Origin: Macrostomum lignano
Lineage: Eukaryota
Reading direction: 5' to 3'
DNA: 64,000 bases
NCBI GenBank assembly: GCA_002269645.1
Contig: NIVC01000268.1
Location: 372,001-436,000 of the forward strand
Shown: positions 48,249 to 61,814 of the stretch, in pieces
How positions within the stretch are numbered: position 1 is the first letter of the stretch
Layout: each line of letters opens with the position of its first letter
Notes under the pieces: generated by a model
The model's input: the letters and a program-made list of their open reading frames with translations, nothing else
What the model was told of the DNA's origin: nothing
Database searches by the model: none
Program-made: the position numbers and the translations under genes

Positions 48249-51200
48249 TCAGAAGCGCGTCTCCTCGTGGTAGCCCTGATTGTCCAGCCCGTCCTCCGGC
48301 AGAGCTCGCAGGTGTCCGTCATCGCCTTGACCGACTGCCGAGTCAAAACCGCTCGACCTGTGCCGGAGGTCCGGGCAGAGGTGCGCCGGATGATCCAGCG
48401 AGCTGTACTCCGGCAGAGACAGCTGTTGCTGCTGTTCGTCGTGAATCGAGTGAAGGTAGCCGCTGAATGCTTCCAGATGGCGGACACATTCACTTGGTCG
48501 TCGAGACGAGCCGACGCCGTGTAGCGATGGGTCCTCGCCGGCGCTGTGGCTGATGCTGTAGGTCCGCGTCTGTCGGCGCCGCTCTCGAGCCGCGTCGTTG
48601 GCGTGCTGCGAGATGGACACTCGGCGACTGCGGGTTTGCGAGCGAGTTTGTTTGCAAGGAGCTAAAGCCCCTTGGTGCTAAAGCCCCTTGGTGCTAAAGC
48701 CCCTTGGTGCTAAAGCCCCTTGGTGCTAAAGCCCCTTGGTGCTAAAGCCCCTTGGTGCTAAAGCCCCTTGGTGCTAAAGCCCCTTGGTGCTAAAGCCCCT
48801 TGGTGCTAAAGCCCCTTGGTGCTAAAGCCCCTTGGTGCTAAAGCCCCTTGGTGCTAAAGCCCCTTGGTGCTAAAGCCCCTTGGTGCTAAAGCCCCTTGGT
48901 GCTAAAGCCCCTTGGTGCTAAAGCCCCTTGGTGCTGGCGCCCCTTGGTGCTGGCGCCCCTTGGTGCTAAAGCCCCTTGGTGCTAAAGCCCCTTGGTGCTA
49001 AAGCCCCTTGGTGCTAAAGCCCCTTGGTGCTAAAGCCCTTGGTGCTAAAGCCCCTTGGTGCTAAAGCCCTTGGTGCTAAAGCCCCTTGGTGCTAAAGCCC
49101 CTTGGTGCTAAAGCCCCTTGGTGCTAAAGCCCCTTGGTGCTAAAGCCCCTTGGTGCTAAAGCCCCTTGGTGCTAAAGCCCCTTGGTGCTAAAGCCCCTTG
49201 GTGCTAAAGCCCCTTGGTGCTAAAGCCCCTTGGTGCTAAAGCCCCTTGGTGCTAAAGCCCCTTGGTGCTGGCGCCCCTTGGTGCTAAAGCCCCTTGGTGC
49301 TAAAGCCCCTTGGTGCTAAAGCCCCTTGGTGCTAAAGCCCCTTGGTGCTAAAGCCCCTTGGTGCTAAAGCCCCTTGGTGCTAAAGCCCCTTGGTGCTAAA
49401 GCCCTTGGTGCTAAAGCCCCTTGGTGCTAAGGCCTTGTTAACCTTGCAAACTGTCTTCTGTTTGAGCTTCTTTTGAAAAGTTCTTTCAGTACTAAAACAG
49501 TCGTTGAATAGACAGCATAGAGCTGTCATTTTTACATAGACACTTGCATGAATTACATTAGCTAAACTTAATGAAAGTGTTTAATAAAATATTATTTCAC
49601 TAATGTTCTTTCGTACTCGGATAAACTGACGCCGCTGGTTGATGCACCGCCTTGCTCGCCAATGCTGCTTCCCGTTTCATCCTGAAAATTATGCAGGCAC
49701 TCGCAAAAATGTAAATTCCATCTAGATCGAGTCATGGACAGCTGAAGTAGAAGGACTCCCTCGAATCGTACGAATGTCGCCGGTAAAAATGTTATTTTTT
49801 ATTTCACACCTGACCTAATGGGCAGATGTGCAACCGACAGCTCAGTCGCAGCTATTTGCGTGGCGCATCTGAAGGCTGCGTACGGCTGTTCAGTCCAAGG
49901 ATTGGGGGCCGTCACACACAGCCTCAATTACCCAGCTAATGCTGGCACCCATTCTAGCTCATTCACCTTGGTGAACTGAAGCAATGCAGAGTTAAGTGTC
50001 TTGTGCTCAAGGAACCAATTGTTCTGAGAGGGTCGAGAATCGAACCACCGACCTTTGATTCCAGAGTTCGACTCTCTAACCCCTTTTATAACATTCTTGA
50101 ACGTTTAATAATTCTAAATTGATGAAGTATGTTTTGTCCGAGGTTGACTCAAAACTTACTCGAATTCGGAAGTTCAAAAGGTGAAAAATCACTAAAAGCA
50201 CAAAGAACTTATCAATTTGCAAATTCAGCGTCCTTCTACTTTAGCTATTGATTGCATAATGAACAATATTTCAGTAGCCTTTGCACCTCAACCAGCTCCT
50301 GGTAGAAATTGGACAGCGCGTAAATCACCGCGTCGTGGACGGTCACAAACAGACCAGCTTCGGAGCGTTTGTCGAAGAAGTTGGCCTTCCTCAGAAGCGA
50401 ACGGACAAGCGAAGTGCAGCCGGACAAGTACATTTCGACGCCAATTTTACTGAAATCGTCGACAATTTTTGTCAGCAGACGGACACCCACGGCGTCAATG
50501 AAGGCGCAGGCCGACAGGTCCAAGATGATGCAGAAGACGTTTACAGTCGGCTCGCTTTCGTCGTCGCTATCAACGGAAGCTGGAAGATCAGCCGAATCGA
50601 TGGAGCCCATGGATTCGTACGACTTTGAGGCGGTGATTGGCAGGTTCTTGAGCTCCTCCGAGGAGCTCAACTGGGCGCGCTGGCGTGCTATGGCGCTCTT
50701 TTATGGCAAATAATTTGGGGAAAGGTTAAGTCACTTTGTAAACAATCTCTGGTTAGAAAGTTCGTTTTTTAGGGGGCAGACTAGTTTAAGCAATCAACTC
50801 CGACGTCCGGCTTTCGTGCCAAGGTACCCAGGTTCGATTCCGTGTGTAATTCTACAATAATTTGAGACCCTGTCCTAAGGCATATCTCGGTAAAGTCAGG
50901 GTCGTATGTGTATACGCTCGTACCTGCGTACGTTCGAGTATCTGTGTACGTGTGAGCGATTCGTGGTCAGAAGGGATGAGCATGATTGCTTGCCTCCTCG
51001 TTGGCGTTGGCTACGAAAAAACGTATTACTGAGACAGTACTGTAGTTCTCAATTTTTCTTAGGGCGAGTCTGGTTGCTTCCCGAATCCATGGTTTGACTT
51101 GGACGCGTCGATGTTAACTCGGTGTTCAAGGACAGTAATTATAGTTAAAGGTACAGTGCCTGACAACAACTAGGTCAGAGTTGTTGCAGACCATGTGCTA

Positions 51201-54200
51201 TTTTTGCATGTCTTCTTTTTTATTCCTGTACCTGCCCCTGTACGTGATTTCATGACTGTTGTATTGGTTTAACAGCAGTAGCCCCCAGCGGAAACGTAGA
51301 CAGATTAACATGAATCCGTTAAATGATGATTGCAAAAACAATGTCGTTGAATTTACCGGATGACTTCCCTCTTCCTTGACAACTCCGAGCACTTCCTTGA
51401 TGCCCTGGGCGTTGAGCACGTCAGTCCGAAGGTTCATATCGCCGCTGGCTCCTCCGCTTCGCTTGGCTGCGGCTTTAGCGCGTTCGAGAATCTTCTTCGG
51501 ATTCATGGCCACGGAGCGGAATAGGCGCTTGCGAAAGTTGTCTGCGCTGGCGAAATAGAGCGAGCCGTCGAATTTAAAAATTTTCAGGCCAGGAATTTCT
51601 TCAGCCTGAATAGTAAATATTTTTTGGGTTCACGAATTTCAGTAAAAACGAAGTGTCGATTTTTTGCGAGGCCATGTTACTTTTTGGCTTGTACTATTCT
51701 CAGCTGTTAAGAGTCAACCACTAGAGGCACTGTGCATTACACGACTGGTGATAAGAGTTACGTAGTAAAGACTGTTTTACAGCTTGTGTGAGCGCTCACG
51801 GACCGTCATGCTGTCCTGTTGACGTAAGTGGCCTAAGAAATGCATAGTGACGGCAGCAACTACTAAGAGACTGAGCTACATGCTAGCACGACCGCTATGT
51901 ACCAATCGTCTTACAATAGCCTCATCGGCCATAACTCGATAGTTTTTTTAAGTTCTCTTTGCTCTGAAACTCACCCCTTTAATCTTCTTAATGTTCCTAT
52001 AAATGTCAGTTTTCGGCACTCGCCCCAGCAGGTAGGCCTTCGGAGCCTGGGTCCGATAAATGATGGTGAGCAACGAGAAGGCGACCCCGATTCCCAGACC
52101 GATGGGCAGGTCCAGACCAAGGATTGCAGCCAGCGTTACAATCCAAATTGACTGTAATTACATGGGAATTCAACTAATTACAATCAATCATATTGTAAAA
52201 AGTAATAAACAGTGAGCGTACAAAGTCGTATCGATTGGTTCGCCACAGTCGAGGCAGTTGCTCCACTTGCAGGATCATGTTCTTCAAATTCACGATTATA
52301 ATTGCGGAAAGTACGCACTGAAATTGATAATGCAATTATAATATAGGATTGCTCACTTGATCAGCAAATTATGGAATAGACTGCTGATAAACAGGTATTC
52401 ACCTTGGGTACCGGCTCAAAATAGGAGCAAAAAGTAAGAATGCTGATTAGTGTAATTATTGTAGCGTAAACCGAATAGATCTGAAGTGCGAAATAAAATG
52501 GCACATTGTAAACGGCATAAGGTATCATTCCTAAATTATGACTCTTACTTAAGGCAACTTTTTCTTACTAGTGTCTTTCCTCTCATGGACTCGTGCAGCG
52601 AGGTGCAAGCAATGGACGAGGCCGACACGAACGTGCTGAACCAGCTCATGCCGAAGTTGACAAATCCGTAGGCTAGGACCTCCTGGTTGGCGTCCACTTC
52701 ATATCCGTGACGTAGAGCGAAGGTCTTGGCTACAGACACCGACAGGGCATAGGAGATTATGCCAAGCACGATGCCGTTCACTAAAATTCCGGACCCGCTT
52801 GTGAAATGCTCCGGCAGTGGAGCGCGCGGCACCTCGAATCTGAAGTTAAATTTTGATGGGTCGCTTTTAAACCGGTGTCAGAAATGCGGTGTCAGATGGG
52901 TCTTAGTTAAAAAGTTCTATTTGCTTCACACACTTCATGTCTGCATAAAAGTAACCCCGTCAATCTGATAAAAATGCGTAAAAGTCTTTTTTAATCCTAT
53001 ACTGATGGATAAAGCCATATCCGACACTGACAACCTGACTTTCCATTACTGCTATGTTGAATTGTTTCTATTCGTTGCTTCTGTAAATTATGGTTGACTT
53101 TCAAAGTAAAAGACGTGTGGCTTTTTCTCAAAGAGAAAGTTTTTGAAAATTTTAATTATACCGTTAAAAGAAGCGATAGATAACGGTGGCAAAAGTGGTA
53201 TTTTACATTTTCCAAGCGCGGCTTACCCTTGTCGAATGACGCCAACATTTTCCACTTTAATAGTCCCCTTCCAATTCATGAACTGCGACATTAGAAGACT
53301 TGTAATCAACTGAAATCGAGTTATATTGTGTTTGTGTGCTTCTTATACTCGCATCTTCTCGTAACAACAAATCAACGGTTTAAAAAAAATAGCGCAAACC
53401 TTACCACAATGATGTCGATTGGAATTGGAATTTTCACATATTTAGAGCACTTCTCGTTCACCAGCTTGATGGCCAGCAGCAGAGCAAAGAAGGCTACGAA
53501 AATGCCGATTGTGTATCCGTTTACCTGACCGGTGAATAGCCTTTTGAATGCCTCGATAAAGTACTAAATGGGGTTAGATGGAATACAAAAAAACAGATGT
53601 AGACATCTCAACTTATAATACTGACAGAATGTCAAATACCAATGGATTAGGTTACATCTCAAACGAAACTAGAACAAGTCAACGCTATTGCAAGTTTGTG
53701 TCGATTAAAAACTAAACTAGAACGACTAAGAACGACAAAACTAAACTAGAAATTAGTTTATTTCTTAGTATTTTTACAGTGTTCTATCTGGACTACTGAA
53801 TTAAAAAATATGTCCAAGTAGAACAACCATGTGTCTTATCCTACGTTGATTAACAAATTTGTCGAACCAAAGTTTAACAAAATTTTATCAAAGAGTAATA
53901 AGAAATATTTTTAAAGAATTTTTGTTCGAATTCCTTTTGCGAACTTATTTAAAAATTAAATCTCAATTTAGTGAACAAAACTATATTATGCGCGTTTCCG
54001 CTCCATTAATTTTTCTTCAAAACTATTAACATTAATGAACTTGCAAATTAGGACCTGAGTAACTTTATTACTAAAAAACGCTCACAATAGTTTACCTGAC
54101 CACCTGCAAGAACCAAGGCCATTGTTACTCACCATGAAGAATTTCCCGTTGCCATTTATGGCCGGAATTTTCGCTCCGAGCAGATTGCCCAACTGACTGC

Positions 54201-56177
54201 TGACGATGTGCAGCGCAGCGCCGCAGGTGAACGCGCTATTCAACGGATCGGACATGTAGATGGTGAGAAAGCCCAGCTGCAGAGCGCCCAGCAGAATCTG
54301 CAACAGCCCAGCAACCATGGTAATGGATAAGGCCACCATTGCGTTCGCGTCATCCCGGTTAATGCAGCCAGCTGGAAATGCGAGGGAAAATTCCAGTTAT
54401 GTTGATTTGACAGGCAAATACGCTTGAATAGCCTCCTAAAATTTTTTTTTAAATTTTTCTACATTTAAAAAAACTACCGTCGTCTAAAGTTTTTCTATTG
54501 GTACAGCTCGACGATAAGTTGTTGAAGTTTCTTTAAAAAGGAATCATAATTAGATAGATTTCGCCACTGATGCTTAAAAATGCAAAGAAACCAACCTGTC
54601 GCTCCTGTCGTGACATTCGGAGCCGTAGTAACCAAAGCCATTGTTGTAGATTCGGTAGCGATGGTAGTTGATTCGTTGCCAGTATACAGACCAGCATTAG
54701 AGACTGAGGCAGTTTCGCAGAGTCCAACACCATTGGGGTACACCTGTTGGACACCGGCTCGAACTGCTTCGCCAACAATTAGCGATACGGCGCCTTGACT
54801 TGCTAAAAATTAATTAGTTAATTCGATTTCAAGATTAGCGGTTACATTGTGCATCGATGTTTACCTTTCAGGGATGCTAAACAAGCAATGCTGTTTTGTC
54901 TTTTTGGGTTGTTAATAAAATGACAAATCGACTGTCGATCATGACGGTTGGATTGTTGATGAGGTGACGGTTGGATTGTTGATGAGGTGACGGTTGGATT
55001 GTTGATGAGGTGACGGTTGGACTGTTGATGAGGTGACGGTTGGATTGTTGATGAGGTGACGGTTGGATTGTTGATGAGGTGACGGTTGGATTGTTGATGA
55101 GGTGACGGTTGGATTGTTGATGAGGTTACGGTTGGATTGTTGATGAGGTGACGGTTGGACTGTTGATGAGGTTACGGTTGGATTGTTGATGAGGTGACGG
55201 TTGGACTGTTGATGAGGTGACGGTTGGACTGTTGATGAGGTGACGGTTGGATTGTTGATGAGGTTACGGTTGGACTGTTGATGAGGTGACGGTTGGACTG
55301 TTGATGAGGTGACGGTTGGACTGTTGATGAGGTGACGGTTGGACTGTTGATGAGGTGACGGTTGGACTGTTGATGAGGTTGGATTGTTAATGAGATGGCG
55401 GTTGGATTGTTGATAATGTGACGCTGGGACTGTTTTTCCAATAGATTGAAATTCCAATTAGCTGGATGACGGTTCTGTCCTCATTAAATCCTTTAACAAA
55501 TTTAGAAATGGAAAAGACAAATTAACTTACACATGTTGAGATGATTCGACGTCCCGAAGATAAAGTAGATCAGCATAGCAAAAAAGGCCGAATAGAATCC
55601 GTATTGCGGCTTCACGTTTGCCAACAATGAGAAAGCGATTGCTAAAATTCAACAAGGAAAAGCTTGACTTTTTAACGTCATTAAAATTAATTGAAGTGCT
55701 TTTTAAACTCACCCTGCGGAATGATGAACAGTCCAACGCTAACACCTGAAATAAGGTCAAACACAGCGTACTCGCGAACTTTATAGTTGACAAACACGTT
55801 GATGCATGGAAACGCTTTGTTAAGAATTCCCATGGCTTTAGTTTTTATGTCCTTTTTCTCTTTAAATTGATTGGCTTTGCGTTGCTGCATCAAATTGATC
55901 CGGTGCGCTTTGCGTTCGCTCGGTTCCAGACGAATCTGATACTCTTCTTCCAGCTGCACTTCGTTGTAGGTCGGCCTGGAAGCAATCGTCCCACCGCGTT
56001 TGCCGTCGTCTCCAGCACCGCCACCGGCTGATGCCGTGATGGCTGCGAGATCCGTCAGCCTCTCGTTCGACATCTGCTTGCGAAGATCTCTGGGAATGTT
56101 GGCCGGGTTTCGGTTCGGCTGGCCGGCTCCGCCGCCGCCGCCACCGCCGCCACCACCCCAGGACGTCCCGAAGACAT
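48249..56177 (-). CDS. SLC26 / SulP anion transporter with STAS domain (prestin/pendrin-like), paralogue A, ~990 aa, 14 exons; apparent 1-nt frameshift in exon 1
   Basis: Exons: 56177-55713, 55641-55531, 54802-54596, 54371-54133, 53563-53405, 53309-53227, 52839-52569, 52480-52403, 52317-52222, 52151-51975, 51605-51365, 50687-50287, 49681-49617, 48627-48249. Motifs: DLISGVSVGLFIIPQ, YGFYSAFF, FGTSNH, AFTCGAALHI, DANQEVLAYG, STAS IFKFDGSLYFASA and ILDLSACAFID. It ends in ETRF, a PDZ-type motif. Exons 11-13 boundaries are less certain. Confidence 0.88.
48662..49432. repeat. 16-bp minisatellite (CTAAAGCCCCTTGGTG)n in the last SLC26-A intron
   Basis: Visible; ~48 copies. Confidence 0.96.
49808..50085 (-). 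mobile_element. tRNA-derived SINE, copy 2 (more diverged)
   Basis: Aligns by eye with 46770-47055 (ACACCTG..GGGC(C)AGATGTGCAACCGACAGCTCAG..GCATCTGAAGGCTGCGTACGGCTGTTCAGTCCAAGG..). Confidence 0.8.
54940..55410. repeat. 23-bp minisatellite (GACGGTTGGATTGTTGATGAGGT)n, SLC26-A intron 2
   Basis: Visible. Confidence 0.95.
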
Positions 56178-56272
56178 GTCAAATTTGTTAGAATTTTCCC
56201 AGTTTTCCAAAATTAATTCACTCGACGTTCGGATAACTGGGGAATGGTTATAAAAGGGGATGTGAAATTAAG

Positions 56273-56834
56273 AGTCAAAATGAAGCCCGAAATATACGGT
56301 CCCGATTTCTCTAAGCAAATCCCTTCATTTGGAGCCAAATTGCTCCCATTATGCCGAAAACGCGACCAATGTAGCATTTGGGGATCTCTACGCTCTTATG
56401 GGGAGAAATGGTTGTGAGGGAGCTTATAGCACCTTTGACCATGATATAAATGTGCTATTTATGTCTCCACGGAGACAGGGAAACACAATGAGAGCTTGGT
56501 TGGGGGCAATAACAAACAATATTGAGATAACATAATGGAGGGCACAACATATCATTACTATATCGCTTCTATTCTTCATACTAACACATAAAAATAGCGT
56601 TTATCGTCATATAAGCATTTGAAGCTCCAAATGAAGGTATTGGCGTAGAGAAACCGGGACCCAATGCTTCATGCTCCATTCTGGAGCCTTAGTTAAGTTC
56701 ACGTGAAATCCTCATTTATTCGTTTTTCCCCATAGAGATCCCCAAATGCTAAACGGGTTGGTTTTTGGTGGTCGGAAGCAATTTGGCTCCAAGTAGGGAA
56801 ATCGGGACCGTATATTTCGGGCTTCATTTTGGCT
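56273..56834. mobile_element. MITE with long (~130-bp) imperfect TIRs immediately upstream of SLC26-A
   Basis: A perfect 33-bp IR AAAATGAAGCCCGAAATATACGGTCCCGATTTC / GAAATCGGGACCGTATATTTCGGGCTTCATTTT, plus further inverted blocks TTGGAGCCAAATTGCT and TAGCATTTGGGGATCTCTA. Confidence 0.85.
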
Positions 56835-57374
56835 ATTCTGTTTCAAAAATAGGCCCTTAATTTATAATGCTAACAACCTACCATCTTATCCAGCAACAAC
56901 TTACCCAAACAGTAGCAACAGCCAGATCTCGGAATCGTCCTTCGAAAGAATCAACTCTTCTACTAAGACGAGGCTAAAAAAATCAGCTATTTAGAGTCAG
57001 AAAAATGGAGAAGAGATCAGGGCTAATTAAGCACCGGAAGAGAATGCAGAACAATTTGCTGCTTTAAGACCTGTGAAACTTGTTGGAATTAGCTGACTCT
57101 GCATTTGCCTGTGCCAAGCTCTGTAATAGCTAATGAATTACCGGAAAAGAAAACAGTAATCAAGCGCGTTTAGCACTCTCAGACTTTATGGTTAACCGTT
57201 GAATTTCCAATATCAATACCAATTTTCTGAATCACTGAGTTCGTCGGTTTCGACTGATTGCAATTGGCAAATGTGTCTTTAGAATTGAGTCAGGACATTG
57301 TATAGAAAATGAGGTATGTTGAGAGGCATGCTGAACTTTGCAATAGAATGACTCAATTAATAAGTTTTAGCATC

Positions 57375-57945
57375 ATAAGATTTCATCTGAGGGGGCACCA
57401 TTTCATCTGAGGGGGCGCCAGTTCATCTGAGGGGCGCCAGTTTATTTGAGAGGGCGCCAGTTCATCTGAGGGGGCGCCAGTTCATCTGAGGGGGCGCCAG
57501 TTCATCTGAGGGGGCGCCAGTTCATCTGAGGGGGCGCCAGTTCATCTGAGGGGGCGCCAGTTCATCTGAGGGGGCGCCAGTTCATCTGAGGGGGCGCCAG
57601 TTCATCTGAGGGGGCGCCAGTTTATTTGAGAGGGCGCCAGTTCATCTGAGGGGGCGCCAGTTCATCTGAGGGGGCGCCAGTTTATTTGAGAGGGCGCCAG
57701 TTCATCTGAGGGGGCGCCAGTTCATCTGAGGGGGCGCCAGTTTATTTGAGAGGGCGCCAGTTCATCTGAAGGGGCGCCAGTTCATCTGAGGGAGCGCCAG
57801 TTCATCTGAGGGGGCGCCAGTTCATCTGAGGGGGCGCCAGTTCATCTGGGGGGGCGCCAGTTCATCTGAGGGAGCGCCAGTTCATCTGAGGGGGCGCCAG
57901 TTCATCTGAAGGACACTATTTTATTGGAGAGGGCGCGCCATTTAA
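57375..57945. repeat. 20-bp minisatellite (AGTTCATCTGAGGGGGCGCC)n
   Basis: Visible. Confidence 0.95.
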
Positions 57946-58557
57946 TTTGACGGGACGCCATTTCCAAGAGAGCGTATTGCATTGCGACCGAAAAAAACGA
58001 ATTCACCAAGCTGTATGTTTGTTTTAATCGCAGTCAAATATTCTCAACACCGACAACTGTGACCGAGTTTTGTAGAAGGGGCTGCTGTTTCTGCAACTCA
58101 GTTGCTTATTCGTCGCCAAACTAATTTTGGCTTCCCGTCAAAAAGTACCGCTTGCAAAGGGGCAACGGCTTGCGGCTTCATTAGCAAATTCGACGTATTC
58201 TGCTCACTGCCTTGACTTTATTGCGTTCTTTCTTATAAGTCAACCCCTTCGTGCTTAAAACCGAGAGCAGCGAACAAGCTGATAAAACTTTGACGTTCGT
58301 CCGACGTTCGGTTTGGGTTTAAAGTAGAAAAACTTTACGTTATAAACTGCATTCAAGATAAAGACAGTGAAGCAGAACTCCCTGATCAGGACTTGGTCTG
58401 TGAGCCTCACTGACTGCTTAAGAATGCACTAAAAGCAGTCACGGTTCACCCTCATGGTCATAAGATCGAACGCTATTTGAAGTTTCCAACAAAAGTATAT
58501 CGCCTTTAAATTGCCTAAAAAAGAAGAACATCAAAGTTAATTAGCTGAAATACTTAC

Positions 58558-59120
<563 letters not shown>

Positions 59121-59614
59121 CTTCCCTTTAACGCCCATAGTGAGTCATGCGTGTGGCACGGAGGTTCAGTATTTTTCAATAGCCTTCAAAGGGAGTAGCC
59201 GTTCAGATACGGTAGACGCCAAAGGCTGGATGTCGAGCAGGCATATTATGACTTTTACTTGCCAGTCACCAGTGGGCAATGCATTATCGTTTTCTGTCTT
59301 ATCAGCTTAGGGCGCGAGTTTTACAGCGCAGAGATAGATAGCCCCCAGCAAGCTTGAGGTCACAAAAGCGCATAAATAGAATGAAGAAATGAGCGCAATG
59401 CCAGAAACGCTATCAATTCGTGCTGAGCACTTATTCGGAATTTTTTGTTATCGACTTTGAGCAAAGCCTGAACGTCGAGCATAACGGACCGAATTTGATT
59501 GCTGAGCAGTGGAAAACAGAAAGACGACGGCTTACACACTGTTTTGCTTAAACCAAGTCTTTCTTCTCTTGAAACGATCGAGGTAAGTCGAGTAATAATG
59601 TGAACGGTCCGTAA

Positions 59615-61742
59615 CGAATTCTAATGAACTCTCAATGGGATTCGAATGTAATCTATCGAATTCTAATGAACTCTCAATGGGATTCGAATGTAATCTATCG
59701 AATTCTAATGAACTCTCAATGGGATTCGAATGTAATCTATCGAATTCTAATGAACTCTCAATGGGATTCGAATGTAATCTATCGAATTCTAATGAACTCT
59801 CAATGGGATTCGAATGTAATCTATCGAATTCTAATGAACTCTCAATGGGATTCGAATGTAATCTATCGAATTCTAATGAACTCTCAATGGGATTCGAATG
59901 TAATCTATCGAATTCTAATGAACTCTCAATGGGATTCGAATGTAATCTATCGAATTCTAATGAACTCTCAATGGGATTCGAATGTAATCTATCGAATTCT
60001 AATGAACTCTCAATGGGATTCGAATGTAATCTATCGAATTCTAATGAACTCTCAATGGGATTCGAATGTAATCTATCGAATTCTAATGAACTCTCAAAGG
60101 GATTCGAATGTAATCTATCGAATTCTAATGAACTCTCAATGGGTTCGAATGTAATCTATCGAACTCTAATGAACTCTCAATGGGTTCGAATGTAATCTAT
60201 CGAATTCTAATGAACTCTCAATGGGATTCGAATGTAATCTATCGAATTCTAATGAACTCTCAATGGGATTCGAATGTAATCTATCAAACTCTAATGAACT
60301 CTCAATGGGATTCGAATGTAATCTATCGAATTCTAATGAACTCTCAATGGGATTCGAATGTAATCTATCGAATTCTAATGAACTCTCAATGGGATTCGAA
60401 TGTAATCTATCGAATTCTAATGAACTCTCAATGGGATTCGAATGTAATCTATCGAATTCTAATGAACTCTCAATGGGATTCGAATGTAATCTATCGAATT
60501 CTAATGAACTCTCAATGGGATTCGAATGTAATCTATCGAATTCTAATGAACTCTCAATGGGATTCGAATGTAATCTATCGAATTATAATGAACTCTCAAA
60601 GGGATTCGAATGTAATCTATCGAATTCTAATGAACTCTCAATGGGTTCGAATGTAATCTATCGAACTCTAATGAACTCTCAATGGGTTCGAATGTAATCT
60701 ATCGAATTCTAATGAACTCTCAATGGGATTCGAATGTAATCTATCGAATTCTAATGAACTCTCAATGGGATTCGAATGTAATCTATCGAATTCTAATGAA
60801 CTCTCAATGGGATTCGAATGTAATCTATCAAACTCTAATGAACTCTCAATGGGATTCGAATGTAATCTATCGAATTCTAATGAACTCTCAATGGGATTCG
60901 AATGTAATCTATCGAATTCTAATGAACTCTCAATGGGATTCGAATGTAATCTATCGAATTCTAATGAACTCTCAATGGGATTCGAATGTAATCTATCGAA
61001 TTCTAATGAACTCTCAATGGGATTCGAATGTAATCTATCGAATTCTAATGAACTCTCAATGGGATTCGAATGTAATCTATCGAATTCTAATGAACTCTCA
61101 ATGGGATTCGAATGTAATCTATCGAATTCTAATGAACTCTCAATGGGATTCGAATGTAATCTATCGAATTCTAATGAACTCTCAATGGGTTCGAATGTAA
61201 TCTATCGAACTCTAATGAACTCTCAATGGGTTCGAATGTAATCTATCGAATTCTAATGAACTCTCAATGGGATTCGAATGTAATCTATCGAATTCTAATG
61301 AACTCTCAATGGGATTCGAATGTAATCTATCAAACTCTAATGAACTCTCAATGGGATTCGAATGTAATCTATCGAATTCTAATGAACTCTCAATGGGATT
61401 CGAATGTAATCTATCAAACTCTAATGAACTCTCAATGGGATTCGAATGTAATCTATCGAATTCTAATGAACTCTCAATGGGATTCGAATGTAATCTATCG
61501 AATTCTAATGAACTCTCAATGGGATTCGAATGTAATCTATCGAATTCTAATGAACTCTCAATGGGATTCGAATGTAATCTATCGAATTCTAATGAACTCT
61601 CAATGGGATTCGAATGTAATCTATCGAATTCTAATGAACTCTCAATGGGATTCGAATGTAATCTATCGAATTCTAATGAACTCTCAATGGGATTCGAATG
61701 TAATCTATCAAACTCTAATGAACTCTCAAAGGGATTTGAATG
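59615..61742. repeat. 42-bp minisatellite (GAATTCTAATGAACTCTCAATGGGATTCGAATGTAATCTATC)n, ~50 copies, with higher-order structure
   Basis: Visible. It explains the MNSQWDSNVIYRIL and MGFECNLSNSNELS ORFs. Confidence 0.97.
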
Positions 61743-61814
61743 TAGAGTTCGATCTCAGAATGACCAAAAAATGATTCCATCATACTCATTAATACTCAAA
61801 CAGAAGCGACAGCC

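Noticed and set aside
50785-50960. Isolated B-box GGTTCGATTCC with a weak upstream A-box
   Set aside because: No cloverleaf and no second copy in the window. It may be a very degenerate SINE, but I cannot support that call.
56245-56256. TATAAAAG box near SLC26-A
   Set aside because: It is on the + strand, the wrong orientation for the minus-strand gene, and there is no + strand gene nearby.
59615-61742. Possible heat-shock element array (many GAA/TTC triplets)
   Set aside because: The spacing is GAATTC/TTCGAA or a 4-nt gap, not the nGAAnnTTCn pattern.
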